Shown: positions 1 to 12,812 of the stretch, one piece after another
Position numbering within the stretch: position 1 is the first letter of the stretch
How the letters are laid out: every line of letters begins with the position of its first letter
Assembly: GCA_965285935.1 (NCBI GenBank)
Contig: OZ260663.1
Location: 60,574,001 to 60,638,000 of the forward strand
Source: Ophelia neglecta
Taxonomy: Eukaryota
DNA length: 64,000 bases
Reading direction: 5' to 3'
Translations under genes and position numbers: made by a program
The notes under the pieces: model-generated
The model's database searches: none
The model's input: only the letters and a program-made list of their open reading frames with translations
What the model was told of the DNA's origin: nothing

Positions 1-1602
1 AAAATAAATCACAGCATGACCCGTTCACCACGGGGACCCAGGTCACCATGTTTCTGATCATGGACATTGTATACCAAATAGTATGCCAAATCTGACAAGA
101 ATTGACATTACGTGAGAGATAGTGTTCAAGGCTCCAGGGTTATTCATAATAAAGTGCGACAGCGTACTGTCTCACTTAGTATAAACGTTTAAATAGATTT
201 TGTTGGAATAATTATAAACCAGACAGTTGGCCAATGTGACCAAAATCCTAGACTGTGCTGCAGACACTGTCTGCTCCGCCCCTAGGTGGTCATTCGCTGG
301 ACACTCGTCTGGCAATAAATGGACTGATATACAGGCCTAGTGATTTGATGTACAAAATTAATTATGCAGTGAACCTGTGTCCACAAGTAAGGCTAGGTAT
401 GCTTGATATGGTCTTGCTTCAAACAAGCGGGGCCCTGGCCATGAATTTAATTAACACAAATCACCTGATAGATTTACCTGCATGCACTAGGTTAGCTAGC
501 CCTCACTTGGTTTGCCTCATGGCCCAATATCCATAGGCTATACAGTTGAAATTTATGACAGCAATATGAAGAATACTGGTCTCTCAGATTTAGTGTTGAG
601 CCAATTTTGTAGCAACATTGAAAACAATTTGTTTGACGAAGAAACTTCATTAGAATTAAGTCAACTCCCGGTGGAGGAATTGTGCTATACATATTCACAG
701 GTATGCAGTCAGGCAGTCACAGATTGTGCCAGACAGTGACTAGACAACCGTCTGCTAAAATATTATCAATAATCTTCTAGAACATTATTGATAATGTTGT
801 AGTACACAGTTGCCTTCCACCTTCCCCAAAAGAATCTTGACTTGTGACAATAGAAACGTATACTAAATGGCACTTAGTCACTTGGGAAGGCAGTCAACAT
901 CCAAGTCTTGCAACACTAATGTTATACTATATGGGCAGACATGAAATGTTGATTACACAAGTCAATGGCCTCCTTTACTAAACTATCAGCTTTATTAGTG
1001 GAACAGAAAAAAATGTATTTCTAGCCTTCAATTCTCGGTATCTTCTTGAAATGTGAATAAAAGCACATTATTAGATAATATGATTTCCTTACCTTTTGTA
1101 CCACTATATCAGTCCCAGCTCTTCCAGGTTAACATTGCACACGCAGCACTTCCAGGCATACCTGTGTTACAAGGAACATTGACTATCCTATATATTGGCT
1201 TTTTGGGGTTAAACGACACATAAGCACCATGTTGGCCATTAGGACCTTTAATTTGGGTATATTTCATGCTAGTATTAGAATTGTGTTTGTTTATAATAAC
1301 ATTTATAAATGGTATCAGTAATTTGTTATAGAGGCTATTGTTTAAAAACATTCTAAGTGAATGCTCAATTCAAAAATATTTGTAGAGGTTCATAACGAGT
1401 AAGTTGGTCATTTTATAGATAAACAGGGTTTTTGAAACCCTCAACTTTTAATGATCACTATTCTTTGCACAGTTGTTGGCAGCTTCGTTGCCTTTGATGC
1501 CTACATGGTTTGGCACATATAGAAGGACAATGTTTTTACCTTGGTTGAGGATTTTGTATAGTCTTTAGCCTGGAGAAAAATACCAAAGGGTTTGATGACA
1601 AG

Positions 1603-1790
1603 AAGGATAGAGGCAGTTGAGATGACCAGAAGGATGGAAGCAGTTGAGATGACCAGATGGATAGAGGCAGTTGAGATGACCAGAAAGATAGAGGCAGTTG
1701 ATATGACCAGAAGGATGGAGGCAGTTGAGATGACCAGAAGGATAGAGGCAGTTGAGATGACCAGAATGGTAGAGGCAGTTGAGCGGAGCA
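1603..1790. repeat. 27-bp tandem repeat, ~7 copies
   Basis: Unit GAGGCAGTTGAGATGACCAGAAGGATA is repeated head to tail. It explains the spurious periodic ORFs (EAVEMTRRI / VISTASILL). Confidence 0.95.
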
Positions 1791-2291
1791 ACCATTTTCT
1801 GTAATCAATACATTTCTACCAATGAAGACATAAAATTGTACACCGTTGCATCAGGATCAAAAGGTTTCGGTGGATATATGCAAGGACAGTGGTTCGCACA
1901 AGCCTGGCCCGATTCAATTCAGATGCAAGTTACCAGCGACGAAGACCTGTCTATAGCATTTGAGGAACTTTACCCAATAGTAGTGGTGACCATGATATGG
2001 GGGCACAGATGGAGAGGGTTCATGTGCAACAATATGGCCACAGTGGCTATCTTGCATAAAGGAAGTTCTAAAGATTCACATATTGTGCCTCTCATGCGGC
2101 GTTTAACTATGTGTGCTGCGATCAACGAGTATGTTGTTATGTCCCAACATGTTCCAGGCAAGAGGAATCTAATCGCTGACTCCTTATCTCGTTTACAGAT
2201 GGCACAATTCAGGCAGTTAACTCCAGAGGCCAGGCCTATCCTATGCCAAGTACCTCCCCCATCAGCTGTTCTATGGCACTCAAGCCCGTGA
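1790..2291 (+). mobile_element. DIRS/Ngaro-type retrotransposon RNase H remnant
   Basis: Motifs LYT(D>V)ASG..GFGG...GQWF...W, SIAFEELYPIVV...WG, C(D>N)NMATV...KG.SK and HVPGKRNLIADSLSR. Catalytic Asp residues are degraded. Confidence 0.85.
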
Positions 2292-2960
2292 TCCAAGACC
2301 TATGGGAAGCAGCCATCGCACCAAGTACTAGGCAAGCCTATACGACCGGACTCAACATGTTTCTCCAATTCCTGTTGATGACAGCTACAATAGCCAGCGT
2401 CGTATATGCAGACCTTCAGATATCAGAAGATATGTTGATATACTTTGTGGCCCATTGTTATAGCAACAATTTATCTCACGCTACTATCAAACTGTATCTG
2501 TGTGGCGTAAGATTCATGTGTCTAAAAAACAACCTATCACACCCCACCAACTTGCATCAGATGCACACGTTGCTAGGAGGCGACAAACGTGCTCGCGGCA
2601 AGGCTAAGCAGTAATGTTATCCAATCACATTCAGCATCCTCAAGGATGTGTGTGCATATCTAAGCAGAATAAACAATCCTTCGGCAAACTTATGTTGGAA
2701 ACAGCATGTACTGCGGCCTTCTTCGAATTTCTCAGATGTGGCGAATTTACCGTGAATAAACCATTTGACCACTATAACAACCTGTGTGTTAGGGACTTGG
2801 TTATAGCGGACAATTATGTGATGTTAAACCTAAGGAGATCCAAGACCGACCCGTTCAGGGAAGGGGTATCTATCAAACTGTTCCAGACTGACATGTTCAT
2901 ATGCCCTTATGCAACAGGTAGCAAATACATGTCAGAGAGACTGAGGCAGACATCATCTCC
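2288..2960 (+). mobile_element. DIRS/Ngaro-type tyrosine recombinase remnant (frameshifted, truncated)
   Basis: Motifs APSTRQAY, TIKLYLCGVRF, AFFEFLRCGEFT and LRRSKTDPFREG...CP. It lies directly after the RNase H, as in YR retrotransposons. Confidence 0.88.
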
Positions 2961-3058
2961 AGGGGCCGGTTTCTGGAAGAGGTCCTAAGACCAGGATTAG
3001 GATTAAAATGCTTAATCGGTCTTAACTTGCTAGTCCGGGTTTCTGGAAGTGGTCTTAA

Positions 3059-4719
3059 CCCTTCTCCTGCGCGTTGCGTAATATTCTGTGCTAATGACGT
3101 CATGTCTGTTGTCGGGTCCCCGAACATTCTGTGCCGCACGTGCTTGAATGTGCAGCGAGTCACATAATTTTATGCGCGACCATGCTGTACAGATCAAAGG
3201 TGTTGTTGTTGCTCTTATGCTAATGTTCGAAGGTTGGGACAGCCAACCAATCACGGGTGGGTTCATGTCCTTTCACCCAAAAAAGTAGTAGTGTGATTGG
3301 TTCGAATTTCTGTGTTAATGTATGCAAAAATATACGTCAAAACCTGGGGGCGCTCGGTACTACAGACTGCACAGTAATGTACTGGTCCAGTTTATCGCAA
3401 TATACATAAAAATATTCTGCCGACGGCTTTATTCTATACCAAAAACCATGTGATATTACACACAACAGATTTAACTTGTAAAAAAAATATGTTTCTTGAT
3501 CATAAAATGACTTTCAAAAAACCTTCGAATATCCCATCGGTGCCCCCCATCAGCTGTTCAAGCCTGTTGGCGTAAACATCACAGATCGCAAACGAACTTC
3601 ACATTACTTCATTTTTTATCAACACAAACATCGCTTGTAGCACATTCTGTGGTCTAAGTATAATATTAATACTTTATAAATATATACATAAATATCGCGG
3701 AGATTGTCGGTTTTTTTTAAGTATTTTGCAGCGCACCTGTTCATGGCTATGTCATCGCGATGGCAACGACCTTGCCAGTATCCAAAATGGCGGAGTCTGG
3801 TGGTATTTTAGCAAATGTCGCACCGGAAAATCGTGATTTTTTCACCGAGTATTTCCTCGGGCCGGATAGCGACGAAGAGTTTGAAGGCTTTGAGCCTACC
3901 GACAATAATGAAATAGAAGAGATTTCCCGAGTAGCTCCTGAAAACAGAGAATTCTTCAGAGAACATTTCCTCAGTGACAGCGATGAAGAGTTCGACGGGT
4001 TCGAGCCCACAGATCTCCCTGCAACTTCGGACTGGAGAGATGGCAACAATTTTTCTCCCACGATGCACACATTTACCGGCGAGCCGGGACTTAAAGCAGC
4101 AATCCCAGAGTTACCACGGCAACCATACTGGACCTAAACATATATTACTTTCATCACTTTATTCCCACGGTCATATCCCTACATATGCATATATGGATCA
4201 ATGGTGTACGGAGCCTGTATAACAAAAAAAAAAAATGGTTTAATTTACTTCGTTATTACATAACAAACCTCCCTTGATGGTTGCATGTGACACTCCTAAT
4301 CAAACTTCTGTTTGCTTATGTTACCATGGCAACACCATATGTAGACACCAGAAAAATATTTTATTATATGGTGGTAAATTTTATTACTCCCTTTTTAACA
4401 TAAATATGCTAAAACAGCCAATTGGTCTGTAAAAAATGCCTTTTTATCAATATTTTACATATTTGCCTGGTTACCATGGCAACCATGCTGGAGCTACAGG
4501 TATATTACTTGCATCAATATGTTCCCATGGTCATATTGCATAATCTGCATATAGGGTCTAAAGGTGTATGGAGCTTTTAACTACCATAAACTGAGTGATA
4601 ATTACAGGTGTGCTATTTCAGACTTTTTTTGCAAAACAATTCAGCACAGCAGGTATACTAGGCTAAAACAATGCAGTGGTACAGTGTGTTAATGTGTAAA
4701 CAAAGCAGCAGGAGAAGGG
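3059..4719 (+). mobile_element. Internally deleted piggyBac element
   Basis: TTAA TSDs at 3055-3058 and 4720-4723, with 12-bp TIRs CCCTTCTCCTGC/GCAGGAGAAGGG. Internal ORF 3760-4137 resembles the acidic N-terminus of piggyBac transposases (W...F.GEPG) and carries a duplicated ~30-aa segment. Confidence 0.85.
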
Positions 4720-5058
4720 TTAAGACCAAATTTGTCCACGAGGACAAGGTATGTTGACTTATTGCAATGTGTTAAGTACACGTCTGCATTGATTTTGCGT
4801 GAAACGGCGTAGAAATACATACATGACTTTTTAAAGCAACTTGTTTGTGTGTCCTAACCAATCATAATGGCTTCCCACGTGTATATTTGCATATTGTTAC
4901 TATGACATCAAAATTAGCCTACCAATGTCAACACAGTAGTAATTTATGCCGTTGACTTAAATTTTGCCGATAGTACACAACACAGCTGAATGCCTTATAA
5001 TTCTCAATACTTCAAATAGTTTACGTACTTTATTGACTATGTTTTTATCTTATTGCAG

Positions 5059-5880
5059 ATTGTTGAGTTTCACCGGTTTGTAATTAAACTACGGGAGAAG
5101 CACCAGTACCCCTTGTCCCATATCTATAATATGGACGAAACTCCCATGAGGTTTGACAGCCCCCACGCCCGTACGCTGGATACAGTTGGTACTAAGACTG
5201 TCCCCATTCGTACCAACGGGGAAGAGAAGAAGGGGTTCACCGTCGTCCTCGCCATGGCAGCAGACGGCAGCAAGGTCAGTCCCCGAGTGATTTTCAAGGG
5301 GAAGCGTGCCCTCGGCGACTCCTGCAGGCAGCCGGGTGCCACAGCCACTGTCCAGGCCAAGGGGTGGATGGACGAGCCCGGCTGTCTGGAGTGGATACGG
5401 GTCACTTTCCCCCTCGGAGCCCCTCGCAAGCTGCTAATGTGGGACTCTTTCGCCGCACATCTCACGGACGCTGTGAAGGCGGAGCTACGACACAGGAACG
5501 TTGACACTGCCGTCATCCCCGGTGGTCTCACCTCCCTCCTGCAGCTCTTGGATGTTTCCGTGAACAAGCCGTTCAAGGATCAGATAAGGGCTGCATGGTC
5601 GGAGTGGATGATAACCAGGGAGCACACCACAACAGCCGGAGGGCGTCAACGCTGCCCAGAGAAGGATGTAGCCATTCGCTGGGTGAGGGAGGCCTGGGCC
5701 GCTATTCCACCAGCCATGGTAAGCAATGCCTTCCTAAAGACAGGCATTGCCAATGCTTTGGATGGCACACAAGACGACGCCATCTACGATGACGAGTGGG
5801 ACATATCCGATGTAGAGGATTTTGATGTAGAGGCCATGTTTGGTAGCGACAGTGAGGAGGAGGACTTTTGGGGTTTTTAG
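5059..5880 (+). mobile_element. pogo-family (DDE_1) transposase terminal exon
   Basis: Motifs NMDETP, KGWMD, LLMWDSFAAH, IPGGLTSLLQ.LDVSVNKPFK and an acidic tail. It is preceded by a pyrimidine-rich acceptor (ttattgcag). The HTH exons are absent. Confidence 0.92.
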
Positions 5881-6989
5881 TAAACTTGTGTTAGGCCAAG
5901 AATCAAACATGGTTGAGATAGAGACTCCCTTCCCCGAACCCCCTTCCCCTGTGTAGTGATACGGTCACAGTATAGCTTATTGACTGGTTTTGAGCCTGCT
6001 GGATTGATGTAAATATTTGTAAATATGTTTTAAGTTGTTTGGTTTAGATTTTAGTAGATTCGTATTTTGTTCGATTGATGTTAATATTTGTAAATATGTT
6101 TAAGTTGTTTGGTTTAGTAGATTCGTATTTTGTTTTTGTTTTTGGGTTGATTTGTAATAAAACTTGAACTTGGTATCCGTGTCTAGTCTTCCTTATCAGT
6201 ACTAGTAGTATAAATAGAATGAGTTCTGCTCAGTGTTAACTTGCCTTTCATATAGATGGCATCACCAGATAGTGCTGAAAAATACTAGTACTTCCTGTTG
6301 TGTTTAAAGCCATGCAAACGAAGTAATGATTATGCTAGTGAATATATTTGTTCGTTTAAAAGGAATTGCCATTCAAAAACCAAATACTGGTAAATATGTT
6401 ATCTCACAATTAACCTGTCATTTATTAGAAATCAGATTATATCGACAATCATCATATTTGGTTAAACGCCTATTTTCGCCCATTGAAGTTCTGCATGAAT
6501 TCTGCCCACCCATCGAGTTTTCGTGAAGTAGTACTACTACCACTATAAGCCAAGGCTAGTCTGCTCAGACAAGAGTAGATGTTGAATTAATTTGTTCAAT
6601 TAAAACCTGGCCTATATAAATAAGCATCAATATATTAATAAAAAGTGTGCCTATTCATTTCCAGTGTGTATTGAAGCCTCACTGTCAGGGAAAGTGACAC
6701 CTCCTTCATGCAAAACGAGGTTCATCGAAGGCTGCACCTCCTACAGACTATCAATCGAGTACACTAGGGCTCTGAATATCACAAGAGAACAATCAAATGG
6801 CATGCTGCTCAGTCATCCCGGGGCGAAACTGAAGCTGAGAAAACTTTGTTTTCTCTAAAGAGAGACATTTACGACAAAATTGAAATTTTGACAAATTTCA
6901 CTTGGTGTGAATAATAGACACGTCATTCTCACAGGGCAAGTGACTTCCTACGACCAATCAGCGTACCTTCTCCCACTGCCTAGCTTAAA

Positions 6990-8606
6990 CCCAATAAACA
7001 ATGATAAACTGGGCCAATACTGGGATAATCCCGTACCACTGGCCCAATACAACGATAAGTGGCCCGGTACTGGCCCGTTTCTTGTATTCTGTACACTACG
7101 TGAGCCTACTTTCTGTGCGACCAGGTACTAAATGTCACTATCTGGCCAGTACTGGCCCATTTCGTGCATCCTTTATCCATCGCATGTACATATGTCGGGA
7201 ATATGTCAACTGGGCCAGTATCGGCCCTTTACATCTGCCAAAAATCGAAAGGTGGTACAATTTTTATTATAGGAAATTGATTTGAGTATATCCCAAAAAA
7301 ACGCCTCCATTTTAAACAAATTGTTTTTGACAGTAATCATTTCGTTTGGTTGATATCTCGCAAATGATAGCTGACGTACAGTCAGTGCGGAGCTGCTTTT
7401 CTGCGAGATTGCCCTAGCCTCGTGAAAGTTACGGAAATTTGCTCATCGCTGTCTCATCAAAGCAAATCTAGTCAGGTAGAAATGTAAGTTCGGCCCAGTT
7501 TCGGCCAAATGCATGTAAGAACAGTGAAATCTTAAGTTATTTCTGCCTTGACGTAGTGTGTTTTCAATGTATATGTGTTGACAAAACCGGTGATTTTACC
7601 AAATTGTTGTGCCATTGAGCGATAATAGGGGCATAGGCAGTGTGGCGGGAATTGTGTTTTTGGCGGGCTAGAAAGCAGCAATAACTGCAAGGATGCCACA
7701 GAGACCGACATTCACAAAGCAATAATGATCTGGCTGAGGAATGCAGCAGACCGCCATAGTGGCCGGAAGAACAGGGAGGCACGGCAGGCCCGTAGAGAAG
7801 ATAGAGATACTGATGTGCCAGCCGCATCCCCATGATGCCCTGATATATCTCAGTTTTGTTAATTTATAATATCTTCATGTACTTTTAACATTTGGACATC
7901 ATATGGACAAGAGAACTGTGATGTGTGTGGATAGGCAGCTGTGGGGGACACAAACAAAGTGGATAGTTATAAACTGAGTAGACTATAGTCTATAATTATG
8001 TGATATATCCTTGACAGTTCTGTGGACAATGTTTCCAGGTATTATATATGTGTAAGGTCATGTAACTTGGACAAGACCTGTTGTTAGCCCAGAGCAGGCC
8101 CAGCATGTCAATTTTCTTTTATTAAGAAGTTAATTTTCTCCATCCATTTTAGCTGAATTGATGGATTAGAAATCACTGAGGGCAATAGGACCCGTACAGG
8201 AGATGTTTCGCCATTTTTCGTTATGTGGTTTTTTAATAAATTATTTTCGCATGTACAGATTGTTTTCCATTTATTTTAAAGGTCATATATACACTAAAGT
8301 ATAGGGCCATAAACATTAAAGGAACTGGCCCTGAATGGGGCCGATACAGTTAAATAACAATGGCTCAAAATTGGTTCAGTATTGGACCAATACTGGGCCA
8401 GTTTCTCAACTTATTGTTAAATAGCAATGGCTCAAAATCGGTTCAGTACTGGACCAATACTGGGCCAGTTTCTCAACTTGGTACTGGGCCAGTTGTATAC
8501 TGCTGTGCAAGAATTGAATGGGCCAATACTGGCTGTCGGTATTGGGCCAGTAAAGCATGCTTTATTGGGTCCAATACTGGGCCAGTACCTCCATGTAAAT
8601 AGCGGG
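6990..8606 (+). mobile_element. Non-autonomous EnSpm/CACTA-like element with subterminal ACTGGCCCAGT repeats and DUF4806-like remnant
   Basis: CCC...GGG-type ends and many inverted (T)ACTGG(G)CCC/CCAGTA motifs clustered at 7000-7230 and 8320-8590. The + frame near 7680-7780 reads DATETDIHKAIMIWLRNAADRHSGRK, like the C-terminus of DUF4806/BEN-type accessory proteins. No clean TSD. Confidence 0.55.
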
Positions 8607-8768
8607 CGACACGGTTAAGCTTACGTCATGGCCGACAGATGGCGTCACCGGCCAACTGTCGTTCATGTTTACAAATTGTGGGACCAAAGTGGGATCAGCT
8701 GATTGTGATACACACGTGTCAAAAGGCAGCGGGCATCATGGCGGAAAATACGGCGACAGATAGAGAAA

Positions 8769-10090
8769 ATGAAAGTGCCACAGCTCAAAACATATCTGAA
8801 GAACCGAAATATACCATCTTCCGGATTAGCGAAGAAAGATTTGAAAAATCTAGCCGAAAATGTACATGTACTAAACCTGCCGCAACTAGAGGAAGATGAC
8901 ATCCATCAACAAGCTATCGACTTCCGCACGGCAGAAGATGGCCGTAAGCTACCAAACCCCAGTCTGGTTAAAACATCCAGCAATCTTGCCAATCTGCCTA
9001 TGGTGGAACAGGCCGATGTTTTTTCTTATCTTTTGGCATATTGTGGATGGGATGCCAACAGGCTGAAAGCATTCCGATGTGATGGTGGGTACCAGCTCTT
9101 CCGCGAAAGTCATGTGGATGGAGTGTCAATGGGTGTCATACACGAGGATGAGCATGGGGCTGTCCTAGAAGCGCCAGTGTCGGTTTTGAAAGCTGCATGT
9201 ATGCCTGAGACAAGCCAAAAAAGTGCCCCGTATAATGTCACCATATTACTGGACAACAAAGGACCCGTTATCAAGGCTAGATGCACCTGCCCAGTGTGAG
9301 TATCACTTTTCAAGTTGTAAAAATATCCCATATTATCATAAATTACACTAAAACATTTATTTAAAACATGCCTGAGAATATCTGCCTACATGTAAACATA
9401 TAGTGTAAAAATCTAGATACCCCACTGATTTTCTACTATTCAGGGTTTGGGCGAGTAAAGGACTCATGTGCTCGAGTACGAGTAATGGCTAATCACACGA
9501 GTACTAGTACAAGAAATCCTGGATGTACGTTACATATTAATCAGGGGGGGGGGGGGGGGGCTGCAGAGGTGATGTGGAAGGTATATTTAGAAAACCCAGT
9601 TTAAATGACTATTGTGGAATATATTATACTAAACTGTAGCATTAAAAATATATTTAAGCTTAAGTACCAATTGAGTGCAAATACATGTACTCACCCCAAC
9701 CCTGCTACTATTTTATAAAAAGGGATATTTGAACATGTCTAATATGATTTCTATTTGAGTTGAGGAAATGTGTTGATCTTTAGCCCTTCCAGGCTGGCTG
9801 TCTTATAATGTATTTCATTTTGTTCCAGTGGTAATGGTACCTGTAAACATGTCATTGCTACTCTGTTTTCTGTGGTGGAATTCAACAGCCGCCGCAAAGA
9901 TGATAGCACCATTGCTCCAACTGATGTGCCATGTGTGTGGAACAAACCGAGGAAGGAGTCCATCCCGAAGAGAGCACGACAGATCGATTTTCGCCGTAAA
10001 GATGCCAAAAGCTGTAGATTAGATCCTGATAGGCCAGACTTCACTCAATGTACCTCTGGTGGGGTCAATCTGGCCAAAGAATGGGTTGAA
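8769..10090 (+). mobile_element. SAP + SWIM zinc-finger ORF of an ISL2EU/Harbinger-like (YqaJ-encoding) transposon, intron-containing
   Basis: SAP-like start MKVPQLKTYLKNRNI..SG..KKDL. Exon 1 ends ARCTCP|gtgagt and resumes at ~9828 with GNGTCKHVIATLF...PTDVPCVWNKPR (CxC...CKH SWIM motif). Confidence 0.75.
9441..9704. mobile_element. hAT-type MITE in the intron of the SWIM ORF
   Basis: TIRs CAGGGTTTGGGCGAGTA / TACTCACCCCAACCCTG with a perfect 8-bp TSD CTACTATT (9433-9440, 9705-9712). Confidence 0.85.
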
Positions 10091-10356
10091 CTGAGGTCAG
10101 GCAGGGGTAGCCTCCTTTTACTCCTTGTTCGCTGAACCAGCAAGACACGTTTTCTATCGCTCTGTTTACCCGACTTGCTAACGTTAGAGAGGATATTACG
10201 GGTCAGCGAACACGGTGACTGCTACAGTGAGTTAAGTTCCATTCTTTACATTGTTGGTAATCAGTCAGCCTTTAGCCCTGCCAGTTCACTCAATCCCGAC
10301 TAATTTCACCGCCCGTTGAACTTTGGCCTATTGACCACTGTCCTGTTTGGTACACA

Positions 10357-11480
10357 ATGGCCGCCGCCTCGACCAGCGGCAAGCCCCACATGGTTTTGCT
10401 CGGGCATAGTTTTGTGCATCGCCTGCATACATACCTGTCTCAACATGGTATGGAGGACCTGGGTCTGCTAAACATCTGCAACATGCATTACTTTGGTTTC
10501 AGAGGTGTTCACATCCCTGCCTTCTCGTACAAAATGAGTCTGGTTTTGCGTATGGCAAGTCCAGCCCTCGTGCTGTTGGATATATTATAATTATGTGTTA
10601 AGTTTTGTTACCTCTGAGACGGTGTTTGCTCCTCTGATCTGACACCTGTAATCTATTGTTAGATAGACTCCATGTCTGGGTTAAGTGTGGTTATCTCAGA
10701 GACATTGATTGCACCTCACAGCCTCCAAGATGGACAATAACAATTGACACCTGGTGGATATACATTTGGCATGCCAGAGGTTGTACTGACACCTGTAAAT
10801 CTATAGTGTAGCTAGACTTCATGTCTGGGGGGTGTTATCTGCCAATTGCACTCTCGGCTCGGCCTAGGGCTTATAAGCCAGGACAGTTCTGGGCCTGGTA
10901 GTCACTGCTCTCACAGTAATAGTACTGTGACCATGTTACCCAAATCCCTCCCCTCCCCTATCTAGCGGCATATGTATTACTTATCATCAATATATATTCC
11001 TTTCTTTTAGTTATTGTAATTTTTATGCATTGTTATTGTATAATTGTGACATTTAGTTACTCGGTATCTACTGGGCCATGAGTATATCTCATCTCCAACT
11101 TGCAAAAATAAAGGTAGTCTAGTTTTTGCCACCTCCCGTTTCATCAAGTCTTTTAGAGATAACGGCACGAACGATTTGTCCCTACCGCGCTTGCTTTGAT
11201 TCGTATTAACGGTGTACAAGCTGTTATATTGTTTATGATCATGCCCCGGTCACCTATTTGCATTTATCCAACTAGGCCAGACTTTAACGAACAAGCGGCC
11301 AAGTACAACCGGGAATTGGAAAGGCTTGTTGGAAATTGTAGCGCCCACGTAGGCTTCCATAAACACAAAGGCATGCTACTGGACTGGCAGTCATGCTTGG
11401 ACGCCGACAGCGTGCATTTAAGCAGGGATGCGCCCGATAGTGAGTCCAAATCGGGCAGGGAAAAGTACTTTTTTAGTGTC
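10357..11480 (+). mobile_element. SGNH-hydrolase ORF of a DIRS/Ngaro-like retroelement, split by an insertion
   Basis: LLGHSFVHRL (GDS-like block I) before the insertion, then LLEI.GTNDL (block III) and D.VHL (block V) after it. Confidence 0.75.
10574..11146 (+). mobile_element. Probable solo LTR inserted in the SGNH ORF
   Basis: TG...CA ends (TGTTG...CATCA), TTATAA at ~10871 and AATAAA at ~11107. It interrupts the hydrolase frame between PALV and LLEI.GTNDL. No clear TSD. Confidence 0.55.
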
Positions 11481-11481
11481 C

Positions 11482-11880
11482 AAACTGGTGTAGTTCCCTT
11501 GGTACAATTGGTACCTAAACTATCGGGATGTCGTTGTGTGGCCCCCCGGGGAAACTGTTGTGTAGTTCCCTTGGTACCGTTGGTACCTAAACCATCGGGA
11601 TGTCGTTGTGTGGCTCCCCAGGGAAACTGTTGTGTAGTTCCCTTGGTACCGTTGGTACCTAAACTATCGGGATGTCGTTGTGTGGCTCCCCAGGGAAACT
11701 GTTGTGTAGTTCCCTTGGTACCGTTGGTACCTAAACTATCGGGATGTCGTTGTGTGGCTCCCCAGGGAAACTGTTGTGTAGTTCCCTTGGTACCGTTGGT
11801 ACCTAAACTATCGGGATGTCGTTGTGTGGCTCCCCAGGGAAACTGTTGTGTAGTTCCCTTGGTACCGTTGGTACCTAAAC
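11482..11880. repeat. 72-bp tandem repeat, ~5.5 copies
   Basis: Unit AACTGTTGTGTAGTTCCCTTGGTACCGTTGGTACCTAAACTATCGGGATGTCGTTGTGTGGCTCCCCAGGGA, with near-identical copies. Confidence 0.97.
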
Positions 11881-11897
11881 ATTTATTTTAATTTCAG

Positions 11898-12670
11898 ATG
11901 TCTGAAGGAACTCGAGTAGCCAAAAGGAGGAGGGCTTCGACCCAACCGAGCGGCAAGAAATCCAAAACTGTCCAACCGGACCCACCGATCACATTCCGGA
12001 TGGCGCCTATATAGGTTGTCCAGCCGCCAGAAGACCCCACCGATGTTCAACCAGGAGTTGCCCAACAAGAGGTCACGGACCACCACACAACAAACAACCT
12101 ATTCCAGCAGATGATGCTGCAAATGACATCACTGACACAAGCCGTGGCACAACTGTCCGGCCGAACAACAGCCTAAGCCACCAGGATGGCCTCACCAACC
12201 CAGTGGCTCAGTCCCAGGAGCCATTTGCCATCGCGACTGAAAACAGGGACGCCAGACAACCGGATATACGCTCATCTGCAGTTACACCTGCCTTGCCTCC
12301 CTGCATCCAAGCAAACCAGACCGCAGCACAAGCGTCTGCCTCTTCATCCCAACACTGGAGTGGCCCAACGCAAGCAGGTGACCCCTCTTCCATTATCCTA
12401 GGGGTTGGAATACCTCTTAGTTTTAAGCTTAAAATTTGGCAATGTGCCTATATTGATTTTTCAGAAATTGTTGCCTTCAAAAACAATACTGTGTTATCCA
12501 TGTCCAGCAGTACTGTAGAGCCACGGGGTGGGGTGTCTGATCCCCATGTCAGAACCGATGGCAGACCTCTGTCAATTTACGAATGGCGAACTGCCTTTAG
12601 AATATTCCAAACTATTCACGTCGACCGCCACCCAAGTGATGCTCTGAACCTGGTACACTACTAAAACGAG
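11898..12670 (+). mobile_element. DIRS-type gag-like ORF remnant A
   Basis: Motifs LKIWQCAYIDFSE and LSIYEWRTAFRIFQTIHVDRHPSDALNLVHY, with internal stops. Confidence 0.7.
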
Positions 12671-12812
12671 ATAGAAAAGTTCGGGTTGCTAGAATCTGGA
12701 TTAAAAAATCGGATTAAATCTCTGAATTAAGTATAAGTTAATCTTGTGGATTAAGTGGGTTGCTGGAAAGGTAGGATCTGGGTAAGGAGCCGGAGGCATT
12801 TGATTAAACCAG

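Noticed and set aside
512-900. Possible acidic transposon (Crypton-like) ORF remnant
   Set aside because: No diagnostic motif could be recognised with confidence.
1501-1808. Overlapping repetitive ORFs on both strands
   Set aside because: They are artefacts of the 27-bp tandem repeat.
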